From positions 8,724,317 to 8,788,316 of the forward strand of contig CM082595.2 of the NCBI GenBank assembly GCA_040954595.2: a stretch of 64,000 bases of DNA. The letters are read 5' to 3'. Positions 24,101-39,900 of this stretch are shown in pieces (the stretch's first letter is position 1; each line of letters starts with the position of its first letter). Under the pieces are notes generated by a model that saw only the letters and a list, made by a program, of their open reading frames with translations, was not told where the DNA came from and searched no databases. Both the position numbers and the translations under genes were made by a program. The stretch comes from Balanoglossus misakiensis. Taxonomy: Eukaryota > Animalia > Hemichordata.

Positions 24101-26599
24101 TTTTTGAAAAAAAATCATGGGTGAAAATCATCAAAAAATGAAAAATTTTCGACTTTGCAAAATCTCAAAATTTCGTCGATTTTTGAAAAAAAATAATGGT
24201 TGAAAATCATCAAAAAATGACAAATTTTCGACTTTGCAAAATCTCAAAATTTCGTCGATTTTGAAAAAAATCATGGATTCGTCGATTTTTTAAAAACAAC
24301 ATTGGTGAAAATCATCAAAAAATGACAAATTTTCGACTTTGCAAAATCTCAAAATTTCGTCGATTTAAAAAAAAAAATCATGGATGAAAATCATCAAAAA
24401 ATGAAAAATTTTCGACTTCACAAAATCTCAAAATTTTGTCTTTTTTTGAAAAAAATCATAGGTGAAAATTATCAAAAAATGACAAATTTTCGACTTTGCA
24501 AAAGCTCAAAATTTCGTCCATTTTTGAAACAAAATCATGGGTGAAAATCATCAAAAAATGACAAAATTTTCAACTTTGCAAAATCTCATAATTTCGTCGA
24601 TTTTTGAAAAAAAATCATGGGTGAAAATCATCAAAAAATGACAAAATTTTCGACTTTGCAAAAACTCAAAATTTCGTCGATTTTGAAAAAAATCATAGGT
24701 TCGTCGATTTTTTAAAAAAAAACATGGGTGAATATCATCAAAAAATGACAAATTTTCGACTTTGCAAAATCTCACAATTTCGTCGATTTTTGAAAAAAAT
24801 CATGGGTGAAAATCATCAAAAAATGACAAATTTTCGACTTTGCAAAATCTCAAAATTTCGTCAATTTTTGAAAAAATCATGGGTTCGTCGATTTTTTAAA
24901 AACAACATTGGTGAAAATCATCAAAAAATGACAAATTTTTGACTTTGCAAAATCTCACAATTTCGTCGATTTTTGAAAAAAATAATGGTTGAAAATCATC
25001 AAAAAATGACAAATTTTCGACTTTGCAAAATCTCAAAATTTCGTCAATTTTTGAAAAAATCATGGGTGAAAATCATCAAAAAATGACAAATTTTGAAAAA
25101 AACGGGTGAAAATCATCAAAAAATGACACATTTTCGACTTTGCAAAATCTCAAAATTTCGTCAATTTTTGAAAAAATCATGGGTGAAAATCATCAAAAAA
25201 TGACAAAATTTTCGACTTTGCAAAATCTCAAAATTTCGTCGATTTTGAAAAAAATCACAGGTTCGTCGATTTTTTATAAACAACATTGGTGAAAATCATC
25301 AAAAAAGACAAATTTTTTACTTTGCAAAATCTCACAATTTCGTCGATTTTTGAAAAAAATAATGGTTGAAAATCATCAAAAAATGACAAATTTTCGACTT
25401 TGCAAAATCTCAAAATTTCGTCAATTTTTGAAAAAATCATGGGTGAAAATCATCAAAAAATTACAAATTTTGAAAAAAACGGGCGAAAATCATCAAAAAA
25501 TGACACATTTTCGACTTTGCAAAATCTCAAAATTTCGTCAATTTTTGAAAACATCATGGGTGAAAATCATCAAAAAATGACAAATTTTGAAAAAAACGGG
25601 TGAAAATCATCAAAAACGACAAATTTTCGTCTTTGCAAAATCTCAAATTTTCGTCGATTTTTGAAAAAAAATCATGGGTGAAAATCATCAAAAAATGAAA
25701 AATTTTCGACTTTGCAAAATCTCAAAATTTCGTCGATTTTTGAAAAAAAATAATGGTTGAAAATCATCAAAAAATGACAAATTTTCGACTTTGCAAAATC
25801 TCAAAATTTCGTCGATTTTGAAAAAAATCATGGGTTCGTCGATTTTTTAAAAACAACATTGGTGAAAATCATCAAAAAATGACAAATTTTCGACTTTGCA
25901 AAATCTCAAAATTTCGTCGATTTTAAAAAAAAAATCATGGATGAAAATCATCAAAAAATGAAAAATTTTCGACTTCGCAAAATCTCAAAATTTTGTCTTT
26001 TTTTGAAAAAAATCATAGGTGAAAATTATCAAAAAATGACAAATTTTCGACTTTGCAAAAGCTCAAAATTTCGTCCATTTTTGAAAAAAAATCATGGGTG
26101 AAAATCATCAAAAAATGACAAAATTTTCAACTTTGCAAAATCTCATAATTTCGTCGATTTTTGAAAAAAAATCATGGGTGAAAATCATCAAAAAATGACA
26201 AAATTTTCGACTTTGTAAAATCACAAAATTTCGTCTATTTTGAAAAAAATCATGGATGAAAATCATCAAAAAATGACAAATTTTCGACTTTGCAAAATCT
26301 CAAAATTTTGTCGATTTTTGAAAAAAATCATAGGTGAAAATCATCAAAAATGACAAATTTTTTACTTTGCAAAATCTCACAATTTCGTCAATTTTTGAAA
26401 AAAATCATGGGTGAAAATCATCAAAAAATGTCAAATTTTTCGACTTTGCAAAAACTCAAAATTTCGTCGATTTTGAAAAAAATCATAGGTTCGTCGATTT
26501 TTTAAAAAAAAACATGGGTGAATATCATCAAAAAATGACAAATTTTCGACTTTGCAAAATCTCACAATTTCGTCGATTTTTGAAAAAAATCATGGGTGA

Positions 26600-29500
26600 A
26601 AATCATCAAAAAATGACAAATTTTCGACTTTGCAAAATCTCAAAATTTCGTCAATTTTTGAAAAAATCATGGGTTCGTCGATTTTTTAAAAACAACATTG
26701 GTGAAAATCATCAAAAAATGACAAATTTTTGACTTTGCAAAATCTCACAATTTCGTCGATTTTTGAAAAAAATAATGGTTGAAAATCATCAAAAAATGAC
26801 AAATTTTCGACTTTGCAAAATCTCAAAATTTCGTCAATTTTTGAAAAAATCATGGGTGAAAATCATCAAAAAATGACAAATTTTGAAAAAAACGGGCGAA
26901 AATCATCAAAAAATGACACATTTTCGACTTTGCAAAATCTCAAAATTTCGTCAATTTTTGAAAAAATCATGGGTGAAAATCATCAAAAAATGACAAATTT
27001 TGAAAAAAACGGGTGAAAATCATCAAAAACGACAAATTTTCGTCTTTGCAAAATCTCAAATTTTCGTCGATTTTTGAAAAAAAATCATGGGTGAAAATCA
27101 TCAAAAAATGACAAATTTTCGACTTTGCAAAATCTCAAAATTTCGTCAATTTTTGAAAAAATCATGGGTTCGTCGATTTTTTAAAAACAACATTGGTGAA
27201 AATCATCAAAAAATGACACATTTTCGACTTTGCAAAATCTCAAAATTTCGTCAATTTTTGAAAAAATCATGGGTGAAAATCATCAAAAAATGACAAAATT
27301 TTCGACTTTGCAAAATCTCAAAATTTCGTCGATTTTGAAAAAAATCACAGGTTCGTCGATTTTTTAAAAACAACATTGGTGAAAATCATCAAAAAAGACA
27401 AATTTTTTACTTTGCAAAATCTCACAATTTCGTCGATTTTTGAAAAAAATAATGGTTGAAAATCATCAAAAAATGACAAATTTTCGACTTTGCAAAATCT
27501 CAAAATTTCGTCAATTTTTGAAAAAATCATGGGTGAAAATCATCAAAAAATGACAAATTTTGAAAAAAACGGGTGAAAATCATCAAAAACGACAAATTTT
27601 CGTCTTTGCAAAATCTCAAATTTTCGTCGATTTTTGAAAAAAAATCATGGGTGAAAATCATCAAAAAATGAAAAATTTTCGACTTTGCAAAATCTCAAAA
27701 TTTCGTCGATTTTTGAAAAAAAATAATGGTTGAAAATCATCAAAAAATGACAAATTTTCGACTTTGCAAAATCTCACAATTTCGTCGATTTTGAAAAAAA
27801 TCATGGGTGAAAATCATCAAAAAATGACAAATTTTCGACTTTGCAAAATCTCAAAATTTCGTCAATTTTTGAAAAAATCATGGGTTCGTCGATTTTTTAA
27901 AAACAACATTGGTGAAAATCATCAAAAAATGACAAATTTTTGACTTTGCAAAATCTCACAATTTCGTCGATTTTTGAAAAAAATAATGGTTGAAAATCAT
28001 CAAAAAATGACAAATTTTCGACTTTGCAAAATCTCAAAATTTCGTCAATTTTTGAAAAAATCATGGGTGAAAATCATCAAAAAATGACAAATTTTGAAAA
28101 AAACGGGTGAAAATCATCAAAAAATGACACATTTTCGACTTTGCAAAATCTCAAAATTTCGTCAATTTTTGAAAAAATCATGGGTGAAAATCATCAAAAA
28201 ATGACAAAATTTTCGACTTTGCAAAATCTCAAAATTTCGTCGATTTTGAAAAAAATCACAGGTTCGTCGATTTTTTAAAAACAACATTGGTGAAAATCAT
28301 CAAAAAAGACAAATTTTTTACTTTGCAAAATCTCACAATTTCGTCGATTTTTGAAAAAAATAATGGTTGAAAATCATCAAAAAATGACAAATTTTCGACT
28401 TTGCAAAATCTCAAAATTTCGTCAATTTTTGAAAAAATCATGGGTGAAAATCATCAAAAAATGACAAATTTTGAAAAAAACGGGTGAAAATCATCAAAAA
28501 CGACAAATTTTCGTCTTTGCAAAATCTCAAATTTTCGTCGATTTTTGAAAAAAAATCATGGGTGAAAATCATCAAAAAATGACAAATTTTCGACTTTGCA
28601 AAATCTCAAAATTTCGTCAATTTTTGAAAAAATCATGGGTTCGTCGATTTTTTAAAAACAACATTGGTGAAAATCATCAAAAAATGACAAATTTTTGACT
28701 TTGCAAAATCTCACAATTTCGTCGATTTTTGAAAAAAATAATGGTTGAAAATCATCAAAAAATGACAAATTTTCGACTTTGCAAAATCTCAAAATTTCGT
28801 CAATTTTTGAAAAAATCATGGGTGAAAATCATCAAAAAATGACAAATTTTGAAAAAAACGGGCGAAAATCATCAAAAAATGACACATTTTCGACTTTGCA
28901 AAATCTCAAAATTTCGTCAATTTTTGAAAAAATCATGGGTGAAAATCATCAAAAAATGACAAATTTTGAAAAAAACGGGTGAAAATCATCAAAAACGACA
29001 AATTTTCGTCTTTGCAAAATCTCAAATTTTCGTCGATTTTTGAAAAAAAATCATGGGTGAAAATCATCAAAAAATGACAAATTTTCGACTTTGCAAAATC
29101 TCAAAATTTCGTCAATTTTTGAAAAAATCATGGGTTCGTCGATTTTTTAAAAACAACATTGGTGAAAATCATCAAAAAATGACACATTTTCGACTTTGCA
29201 AAATCTCAAAATTTCGTCAATTTTTGAAAAAATCATGGGTGAAAATCATCAAAAAATGACAAAATTTTCGACTTTGCAAAATCTCAAAATTTCGTCGATT
29301 TTGAAAAAAATCACAGGTTCGTCGATTTTTTAAAAACAACATTGGTGAAAATCATCAAAAAAGACAAATTTTTTACTTTGCAAAATCTCACAATTTCGTC
29401 GATTTTTGAAAAAAATAATGGTTGAAAATCATCAAAAAATGACAAATTTTCGACTTTGCAAAATCTCAAAATTTCGTCAATTTTTGAAAAAATCATGGGT

Positions 29501-32500
29501 GAAAATCATCAAAAAATGACAAATTTTGAAAAAAACGGGTGAAAATCATCAAAAACGACAAATTTTCGTCTTTGCAAAATCTCAAATTTTCGTCGATTTT
29601 TGAAAAAAAATCATGGGTGAAAATCATCAAAAAATGAAAAATTTTCGACTTTGCAAAATCTCAAAATTTCGTCGATTTTTGAAAAAAAATAATGGTTGAA
29701 AATCATCAAAAAATGACAAATTTTCGACTTTGCAAAATCTCACAATTTCGTCGATTTTGAAAAAAATCATGGGTGAAAATCATCAAAAAATGACAAATTT
29801 TCGACTTTGCAAAATCTCAAAATTTCGTCAATTTTTGAAAAAATCATGGGTTCGTCGATTTTTTAAAAACAACATTGGTGAAAATCATCAAAAAATGACA
29901 AATTTTTGACTTTGCAAAATCTCACAATTTCGTCGATTTTTGAAAAAAATAATGGTTGAAAATCATCAAAAAATGACAAATTTTCGACTTTGCAAAATCT
30001 CAAAATTTCGTCAATTTTTGAAAAAATCATGGGTGAAAATCATCAAAAAATGACAAATTTTGAAAAAAACGGGTGAAAATCATCAAAAAATGACAAATTT
30101 TCGACTTTGCAAAATCTCAAAATTTCGTCAATTTTTGAAAAAATCATGGGTGAAAATCATCAAAAAATGACAAATTTTGAAAAAAACGGGTGAAAATCAT
30201 CAAAAACGACAAATTTTCGTCTTTGCAAAATCTCAAATTTTCGTCGATTTTTGAAAAAAAATCATGGGTGAAAATCATCAAAAAATGAAAAATTTTCGAC
30301 TTTGCAAAATCTCAAAATTTCGTCGATTTTTGAAAAAAAATAATGGTTGAAAATCATCAAAAAATGACAAATTTTCGACTTTGCAAAATCTCACAATTTC
30401 GTCGATTTTGAAAAAAATCATGGGTGAAAATCATCAAAAAATGACAAATTTTCGACTTTGCAAAATCTCAAAATTTCGTCAATTTTTGAAAAAATCATGG
30501 GTTCGTCGATTTTTTAAAAACAACATTGGTGAAAATCATCAAAAAATGACAAATTTTTGACTTTGCAAAATCTCACAATTTCGTCGATTTTTGAAAAAAA
30601 TAATGGTTGAAAATCATCAAAAAATGACAAATTTTCGACTTTGCAAAATCTCAAAATTTCGTCAATTTTTGAAAAAATCATGGGTGAAAATCATCAAAAA
30701 ATGACAAATTTTGAAAAAAACGGGTGAAAATCATCAAAAAATGACACATTTTCGACTTTGCAAAATCTCAAAATTTCGTCAATTTTTGAAAAAATCATGG
30801 GTGAAAATCATCAAAAAATGACAAATTTTGAAAAAAACGGGTGAAAATCATCAAAAAATGACACATTTTCGACTTTGCAAAATCTCAAAATTTCGTCAAT
30901 TTTTGAAAAAATCATGGGTGAAAATCATCAAAAAATGACAAAATTTTCGACTTTGCAAAATCTCAAAATTTCGTCGATTTTGAAAAAAATCACAGGTTCG
31001 TCGATTTTTTAAAAACAACATTGGTGAAAATCATCAAAAAAGACAAATTTTTTACTTTGCAAAATCTCACAATTTCGTCGATTTTTGAAAAAAATAATGG
31101 TTGAAAATCATCAAAAAATGACAAATTTTCGACTTTGCAAAATCTCAAAATTTCGTCAATTTTTGAAAAAATCATGGGTGAAAATCATCAAAAAATGACA
31201 AATTTTGAAAAAAACGGGTGAAAATCATCAAAAACGACAAATTTTCGTCTTTGCAAAATCTCAAATTTTCGTCGATTTTTGAAAAAAAATCATGGGTGAA
31301 AATCATCAAAAAATGAAAAATTTTCGACTTTGCAAAATCTCAAAATTTCGTCGATTTTTGAAAAAAAATAATGGTTGAAAATCATCAAAAAATGACAAAT
31401 TTTCGACTTTGCAAAATCTCACAATTTCGTCGATTTTGAAAAAAATCATGGGTGAAAATCATCAAAAAATGACAAATTTTCGACTTTGCAAAATCTCAAA
31501 ATTTCGTCAATTTTTGAAAAAATCATGGGTTCGTCGATTTTTTAAAAACAACATTGGTGAAAATCATCAAAAAATGACAAATTTTTGACTTTGCAAAATC
31601 TCACAATTTCGTCGATTTTTGAAAAAAATAATGGTTGAAAATCATCAAAAAATGACAAATTTTCGACTTTGCAAAATCTCAAAATTTCGTCAATTTTTGA
31701 AAAAATCATGGGTGAAAATCATCAAAAAATGACAAATTTTGAAAAAAACGGGTGAAAATCATCAAAAAATGACACATTTTCGACTTTGCAAAATCTCAAA
31801 ATTTCGTCAATTTTTGAAAAAATCATGGGTGAAAATCATCAAAAAATGACAAAATTTTCGACTTTGCAAAATCTCAAAATTTCGTCGATTTTGAAAAAAA
31901 TCACAGGTTCGTCGATTTTTTAAAAACAACATTGGTGAAAATCATCAAAAAAGACAAATTTTTTACTTTGCAAAATCTCACAATTTCGTCGATTTTTGAA
32001 AAAAATAATGGTTGAAAATCATCAAAAAATGACAAATTTTCGACTTTGCAAAATCTCAAAATTTCGTCAATTTTTGAAAAAATCATGGGTGAAAATCATC
32101 AAAAAATGACAAATTTTGAAAAAAACGGGTGAAAATCATCAAAAACGACAAATTTTCGTCTTTGCAAAATCTCAAATTTTCGTCGATTTTTGAAAAAAAA
32201 TCATGGGTGAAAATCATCAAAAAATGACAAATTTTCGACTTTGCAAAATCTCAAAATTTCGTCAATTTTTGAAAAAATCATGGGTTCGTCGATTTTTTAA
32301 AAACAACATTGGTGAAAATCATCAAAAAATGACAAATTTTTGACTTTGCAAAATCTCACAATTTCGTCGATTTTTGAAAAAAATAATGGTTGAAAATCAT
32401 CAAAAAATGACAAATTTTCGACTTTGCAAAATCTCAAAATTTCGTCAATTTTTGAAAAAATCATGGGTGAAAATCATCAAAAAATGACAAATTTTGAAAA

Positions 32501-35500
32501 AAACGGGCGAAAATCATCAAAAAATGACACATTTTCGACTTTGCAAAATCTCAAAATTTCGTCAATTTTTGAAAAAATCATGGGTGAAAATCATCAAAAA
32601 ATGACAAATTTTGAAAAAAACGGGTGAAAATCATCAAAAACGACAAATTTTCGTCTTTGCAAAATCTCAAATTTTCGTCGATTTTTGAAAAAAAATCATG
32701 GGTGAAAATCATCAAAAAATGACAAATTTTCGACTTTGCAAAATCTCAAAATTTCGTCAATTTTTGAAAAAATCATGGGTTCGTCGATTTTTTAAAAACA
32801 ACATTGGTGAAAATCATCAAAAAATGACACATTTTCGACTTTGCAAAATCTCAAAATTTCGTCAATTTTTGAAAAAATCATGGGTGAAAATCATCAAAAA
32901 ATGACAAAATTTTCGACTTTGCAAAATCTCAAAATTTCGTCGATTTTGAAAAAAATCACAGGTTCGTCGATTTTTTAAAAACAACATTGGTGAAAATCAT
33001 CAAAAAAGACAAATTTTTTACTTTGCAAAATCTCACAATTTCGTCGATTTTTGAAAAAAATAATGGTTGAAAATCATCAAAAAATGACAAATTTTCGACT
33101 TTGCAAAATCTCAAAATTTCGTCAATTTTTGAAAAAATCATGGGTGAAAATCATCAAAAAATGACAAATTTTGAAAAAAACGGGTGAAAATCATCAAAAA
33201 CGACAAATTTTCGTCTTTGCAAAATCTCAAATTTTCGTCGATTTTTGAAAAAAAATCATGGGTGAAAATCATCAAAAAATGAAAAATTTTCGACTTTGCA
33301 AAATCTCAAAATTTCGTCGATTTTTGAAAAAAAATAATGGTTGAAAATCATCAAAAAATGACAAATTTTCGACTTTGCAAAATCTCACAATTTCGTCGAT
33401 TTTGAAAAAAATCATGGGTGAAAATCATCAAAAAATGACAAATTTTCGACTTTGCAAAATCTCAAAATTTCGTCAATTTTTGAAAAAATCATGGGTTCGT
33501 CGATTTTTTAAAAACAACATTGGTGAAAATCATCAAAAAATGACAAATTTTTGACTTTGCAAAATCTCACAATTTCGTCGATTTTTGAAAAAAATAATGG
33601 TTGAAAATCATCAAAAAATGACAAATTTTCGACTTTGCAAAATCTCAAAATTTCGTCAATTTTTGAAAAAATCATGGGTGAAAATCATCAAAAAATGACA
33701 AATTTTGAAAAAAACGGGTGAAAATCATCAAAAAATGACAAATTTTCGACTTTGCAAAATCTCAAAATTTCGTCAATTTTTGAAAAAATCATGGGTGAAA
33801 ATCATCAAAAAATGACAAATTTTGAAAAAAACGGGTGAAAATCATCAAAAACGACAAATTTTCGTCTTTGCAAAATCTCAAATTTTCGTCGATTTTTGAA
33901 AAAAAATCATGGGTGAAAATCATCAAAAAATGAAAAATTTTCGACTTTGCAAAATCTCAAAATTTCGTCGATTTTTGAAAAAAAATAATGGTTGAAAATC
34001 ATCAAAAAATGACAAATTTTCGACTTTGCAAAATCTCACAATTTCGTCGATTTTGAAAAAAATCATGGGTGAAAATCATCAAAAAATGACAAATTTTCGA
34101 CTTTGCAAAATCTCAAAATTTCGTCAATTTTTGAAAAAATCATGGGTTCGTCGATTTTTTAAAAACAACATTGGTGAAAATCATCAAAAAATGACAAATT
34201 TTTGACTTTGCAAAATCTCACAATTTCGTCGATTTTTGAAAAAAATAATGGTTGAAAATCATCAAAAAATGACAAATTTTCGACTTTGCAAAATCTCAAA
34301 ATTTCGTCAATTTTTGAAAAAATCATGGGTGAAAATCATCAAAAAATGACAAATTTTGAAAAAAACGGGTGAAAATCATCAAAAAATGACACATTTTCGA
34401 CTTTGCAAAATCTCAAAATTTCGTCAATTTTTGAAAAAATCATGGGTGAAAATCATCAAAAAATGACAAAATTTTCGACTTTGCAAAATCTCAAAATTTC
34501 GTCGATTTTGAAAAAAATCACAGGTTCGTCGATTTTTTAAAAACAACATTGGTGAAAATCATCAAAAAAGACAAATTTTTTACTTTGCAAAATCTCACAA
34601 TTTCGTCGATTTTTGAAAAAAATAATGGTTGAAAATCATCAAAAAATGACAAATTTTCGACTTTGCAAAATCTCAAAATTTCGTCAATTTTTGAAAAAAT
34701 CATGGGTGAAAATCATCAAAAAATGACAAATTTTGAAAAAAACGGGTGAAAATCATCAAAAACGACAAATTTTCGTCTTTGCAAAATCTCAAATTTTCGT
34801 CGATTTTTGAAAAAAAATCATGGGTGAAAATCATCAAAAAATGACAAATTTTCGACTTTGCAAAATCTCAAAATTTCGTCAATTTTTGAAAAAATCATGG
34901 GTTCGTCGATTTTTTAAAAACAACATTGGTGAAAATCATCAAAAAATGACAAATTTTTGACTTTGCAAAATCTCACAATTTCGTCGATTTTTGAAAAAAA
35001 TAATGGTTGAAAATCATCAAAAAATGACAAATTTTCGACTTTGCAAAATCTCAAAATTTCGTCAATTTTTGAAAAAATCATGGGTGAAAATCATCAAAAA
35101 ATGACAAATTTTGAAAAAAACGGGCGAAAATCATCAAAAAATGACACATTTTCGACTTTGCAAAATCTCAAAATTTCGTCAATTTTTGAAAAAATCATGG
35201 GTGAAAATCATCAAAAAATGACAAATTTTGAAAAAAACGGGTGAAAATCATCAAAAACGACAAATTTTCGTCTTTGCAAAATCTCAAATTTTCGTCGATT
35301 TTTGAAAAAAAATCATGGGTGAAAATCATCAAAAAATGACAAATTTTCGACTTTGCAAAATCTCAAAATTTCGTCAATTTTTGAAAAAATCATGGGTTCG
35401 TCGATTTTTTAAAAACAACATTGGTGAAAATCATCAAAAAATGACACATTTTCGACTTTGCAAAATCTCAAAATTTCGTCAATTTTTGAAAAAATCATGG

Positions 35501-36900
35501 GTGAAAATCATCAAAAAATGACAAAATTTTCGACTTTGCAAAATCTCAAAATTTCGTCGATTTTGAAAAAAATCACAGGTTCGTCGATTTTTTAAAAACA
35601 ACATTGGTGAAAATCATCAAAAAAGACAAATTTTTTACTTTGCAAAATCTCACAATTTCGTCGATTTTTGAAAAAAATAATGGTTGAAAATCATCAAAAA
35701 ATGACAAATTTTCGACTTTGCAAAATCTCAAAATTTCGTCAATTTTTGAAAAAATCATGGGTGAAAATCATCAAAAAATGACAAATTTTGAAAAAAACGG
35801 GTGAAAATCATCAAAAACGACAAATTTTCGTCTTTGCAAAATCTCAAATTTTCGTCGATTTTTGAAAAAAAATCATGGGTGAAAATCATCAAAAAATGAA
35901 AAATTTTCGACTTTGCAAAATCTCAAAATTTCGTCGATTTTTGAAAAAAAATAATGGTTGAAAATCATCAAAAAATGACAAATTTTCGACTTTGCAAAAT
36001 CTCACAATTTCGTCGATTTTGAAAAAAATCATGGGTGAAAATCATCAAAAAATGACAAATTTTCGACTTTGCAAAATCTCAAAATTTCGTCAATTTTTGA
36101 AAAAATCATGGGTTCGTCGATTTTTTAAAAACAACATTGGTGAAAATCATCAAAAAATGACAAATTTTTGACTTTGCAAAATCTCACAATTTCGTCGATT
36201 TTTGAAAAAAATAATGGTTGAAAATCATCAAAAAATGACAAATTTTCGACTTTGCAAAATCTCAAAATTTCGTCAATTTTTGAAAAAATCATGGGTGAAA
36301 ATCATCAAAAAATGACAAATTTTGAAAAAAACGGGTGAAAATCATCAAAAAATGACACATTTTCGACTTTGCAAAATCTCAAAATTTCGTCAATTTTTGA
36401 AAAAATCATGGGTGAAAATCATCAAAAAATGACAAAATTTTCGACTTTGCAAAATCTCAAAATTTCGTCGATTTTGAAAAAAATCACAGGTTCGTCGATT
36501 TTTTAAAAACAACATTGGTGAAAATCATCAAAAAAGACAAATTTTTTACTTTGCAAAATCTCACAATTTCGTCGATTTTTGAAAAAAATAATGGTTGAAA
36601 ATCATCAAAAAATGACAAATTTTCGACTTTGCAAAATCTCAAAATTTCGTCAATTTTTGAAAAAATCATGGGTGAAAATCATCAAAAAATGACAAATTTT
36701 GAAAAAAACGGGTGAAAATCATCAAAAACGACAAATTTTCGTCTTTGCAAAATCTCAAATTTTCGTCGATTTTTGAAAAAAAATCATGGGTGAAAATCAT
36801 CAAAAAATGAAAAATTTTCGACTTTGCAAAATCTCAAAATTTCGTCGATTTTTGAAAAAAAATAATGGTTGAAAATCATCAAAAAATGACAAATTTTCGA
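26600..36900 (+). repeat. Highly homogenised higher-order block built from 911-, 1055-, 651- and 117-bp modules
   Basis: An identical minus-strand ORF starts at 27345, 28256, 29311, 30990, 31901, 32956, 34518, 35573 and 36484 (spacings 911, 1055, 1679, 911, 1055, 1562, 1055, 911). Confidence 0.85.
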
Positions 36901-39900
36901 CTTTGCAAAATCTCAAAATTTCGTCGATTTTGAAAAAAATTATGGATTCGTCGATTTTTTAAAAACAACATTGGTGAAAATCATCAAAAAATGACAAATT
37001 TTCGACTTTGCAAAATCTCAAAATTTCGTCGATTTAAAAAAAAAAATCATGGATGAAAATCATCAAAAAATGAAAAATTTTCGACTTCGCAAAATCTCAA
37101 AATTTTGTCTTTTTTTGAAAAAAATCATAGGTGAAAATTATCAAAAAATGACAAATTTTCGACTTTGCAAAAGCTCAAAATTTCGTCCATTTTTGAAAAA
37201 AAATCATGGGTGAAAATCATCAAAAAATGACAAAATTTTCAACTTTGCAAAATCTCATAATTTCGTCGATTTTTGAAAAAAAATCATGGGTGAAAATCAT
37301 CAAAAAATGACAAAATTTTCGACTTTGTAAAATCACACAATTTCGTCGATTTTGAAAAAAATCATAGGTTCGTCGATTTTTAAAAAACAACATTGGTGAA
37401 AATCATCAAAAAAGACAAATTTTTTACTTTGCAAAATCTCACAATTTCGTCGATTTTTGAAAAAAATAATGGTTGAAAATCATCAAAAAATGACAAATTT
37501 TCGACTTTGCAAAATCTCAAAATTTCGTCAATTTTTGAAAAAATCATGGGTGAAAATCATCAAAAAATGACAAATTTTGAAAAAAACGGGCGAAAATCAT
37601 CAAAAAATGACACATTTTCGACTTTGCAAAATCTCAAAATTTCGTCAATTTTTGAAAAAATCATGGGTGAAAATCATCAAAAAATGACAAATTTTGAAAA
37701 AAACGGGTGAAAATCATCAAAAACGACAAATTTTCGTCTTTGCAAAATCTCAAATTTTCGTCGATTTTTGAAAAAAAATAATGGTTGAAAATCATCAAAA
37801 AATGACAAATTTTCGACTTTGCAAAATCTCAAAATTTCGTCGATTTTGAAAAAAATCATGGGTTCGTCGATTTTTTAAAAACAACATTGGTGAAAATCAT
37901 CAAAAAATGAAAAATTTTCGACTTCGCAAAATCTCAAAATTTTGTCTTTTTTTGAAAAAAATCATAGGTGAAAATTATCAAAAAATGACAAATTTTCGAC
38001 TTTGCAAAAGCTCAAAATTTCGTCCATTTTTGAAAAAAAATCATGGGTGAAAATCATCAAAAAATGACAAAATTTTCAACTTTGCAAAATCTCATAATTT
38101 CGTCGATTTTTGAAAAAAAATCATGGGTGAAAATCATCAAAAAATGACAAAATTTTCGACTTTGTAAAATCACAAAATTTCGTCTATTTTGAAAAAAATC
38201 ATGGATGAAAATCATCAAAAAATGACAAATTTTCGACTTTGCAAAATCTCAAAATTTTGTCGATTTTTGAAAAAAATCATAGGTGAAAATCATCAAAAAT
38301 GACAAATTTTCGTCTTTGCAAAATCTCAAATTTTCGTCGATTTTTGAAAAAAAATCATGGGTGAAAATCATCAAAAAATGAAAAATTTTCGACTTTGCAA
38401 AATCTCAAAATTTCGTCAATTTTTGAAAAAATCATGGGTGAAAATCATCAAAAAATGACAAATTTTTGACTGCAAAATCTCAAAATTTCGTTGATTTTTG
38501 AAAAAAATAATGGTTGAAAATCATCAAAAAATGACAAATTTTCGACTTTGCAAAATCTCAAAATTTCGTCGATTTTGAAAAAAATCATGGGTTCGTCGAT
38601 TTTTTAAAAACAACATTGGTGAATATCATCAAAAACTGACAAATTTTTGACTTTGCAAAATCTCACAATTTCGTCGATTTTTGAAAAAAATCATGGTTGA
38701 AAATCATCAAAAAATGACAAATTTTCGACTTTGCAAAATCTCAAAATTTCGTCAATTTTTGAAAAAATCATGGGTTCGTCGATTTTTTAAAAACAACATT
38801 GGTGAAAATCATCAAAAAATGACAAATTTTTGACTTCGCAAAATCTCACAATTTCGTCGATTTTTGAAAAAAATAATGGTTGAAAATCATCAAAAAATGA
38901 CATATTTTCGACTTTGCAAAATCTCAAAATTTCGTCAATTTTTGAAAAAATCATGGGTGAAAATCATCAAAAAATGACACATTTTCGACTTTGCAAAATC
39001 TCAAAATTTCGTCAATTTTTGAAAAAATCATGGGTGAAAATCATCAAAAAATGACAAAAATTTTCGACTTTGCAAAATCTCAAAATTTCGTCGATTTTGA
39101 AAAAAATCATAGGTTCGTCGATTTTTTAAAAAAAAACATGGGTGAAAATCATCAAAAAATGACAAATTTTTGACTTTGCAAAATCTCACAATTTCGTCGA
39201 TTTTTGAAAAAAATCATGGGTGAAAATCATCAAAAAATGACAAATTTTCGACTTTGCAAAATCTCAAAATTTCGTCAATTTTTGAAAAAAATCATGGGTT
39301 CGTCGATTTTTTAAAAACAACATTGGTGAAAATCATCAAAAAAGACAAATTTTTGACTTTGCAAAATCTCACAATTTCGTCGATTTTTGAAAAAAATAAT
39401 GGTTGAAAATCATCAAAAAATGACAAATTTTCGACTTTGCAAAATCTCAAAATTTCGTCAATTTTTGAAAAAATCATGGGTGAAAATCATCAAAAAATGA
39501 CAAATTTTGAAAAAACGGGCGAAAATCATCAAAAACGACAAATTTTCGTCTTTGCAAAATCTCAAATTTTCGTCGATTTTTGAAAAAAAATCATGGGCGA
39601 AAATCATCAAAAAATGAAAAATTTTCGACTTTGCAAAATCTCAAAATTTCGTCGATTTTGAAAAAAATCATGGGTTCGTCGATTTTTTAAAAACAACATT
39701 GGTGAAAATCATCAAAAAATGACAAATTTTCGACTTTGCAAAATCTCAAAATTTCGTCGATTTAAAAAAAAAAATCATGGATGAAAATCATCAAAAAATG
39801 AAAAATTTTCGACTTCGCAAAATCTCAAAATTTTGTCTTTTTTTGAAAAAAATCATAGGTGAAAATTATCAAAAAATGACAAATTTTCGACTTTGCAAAA

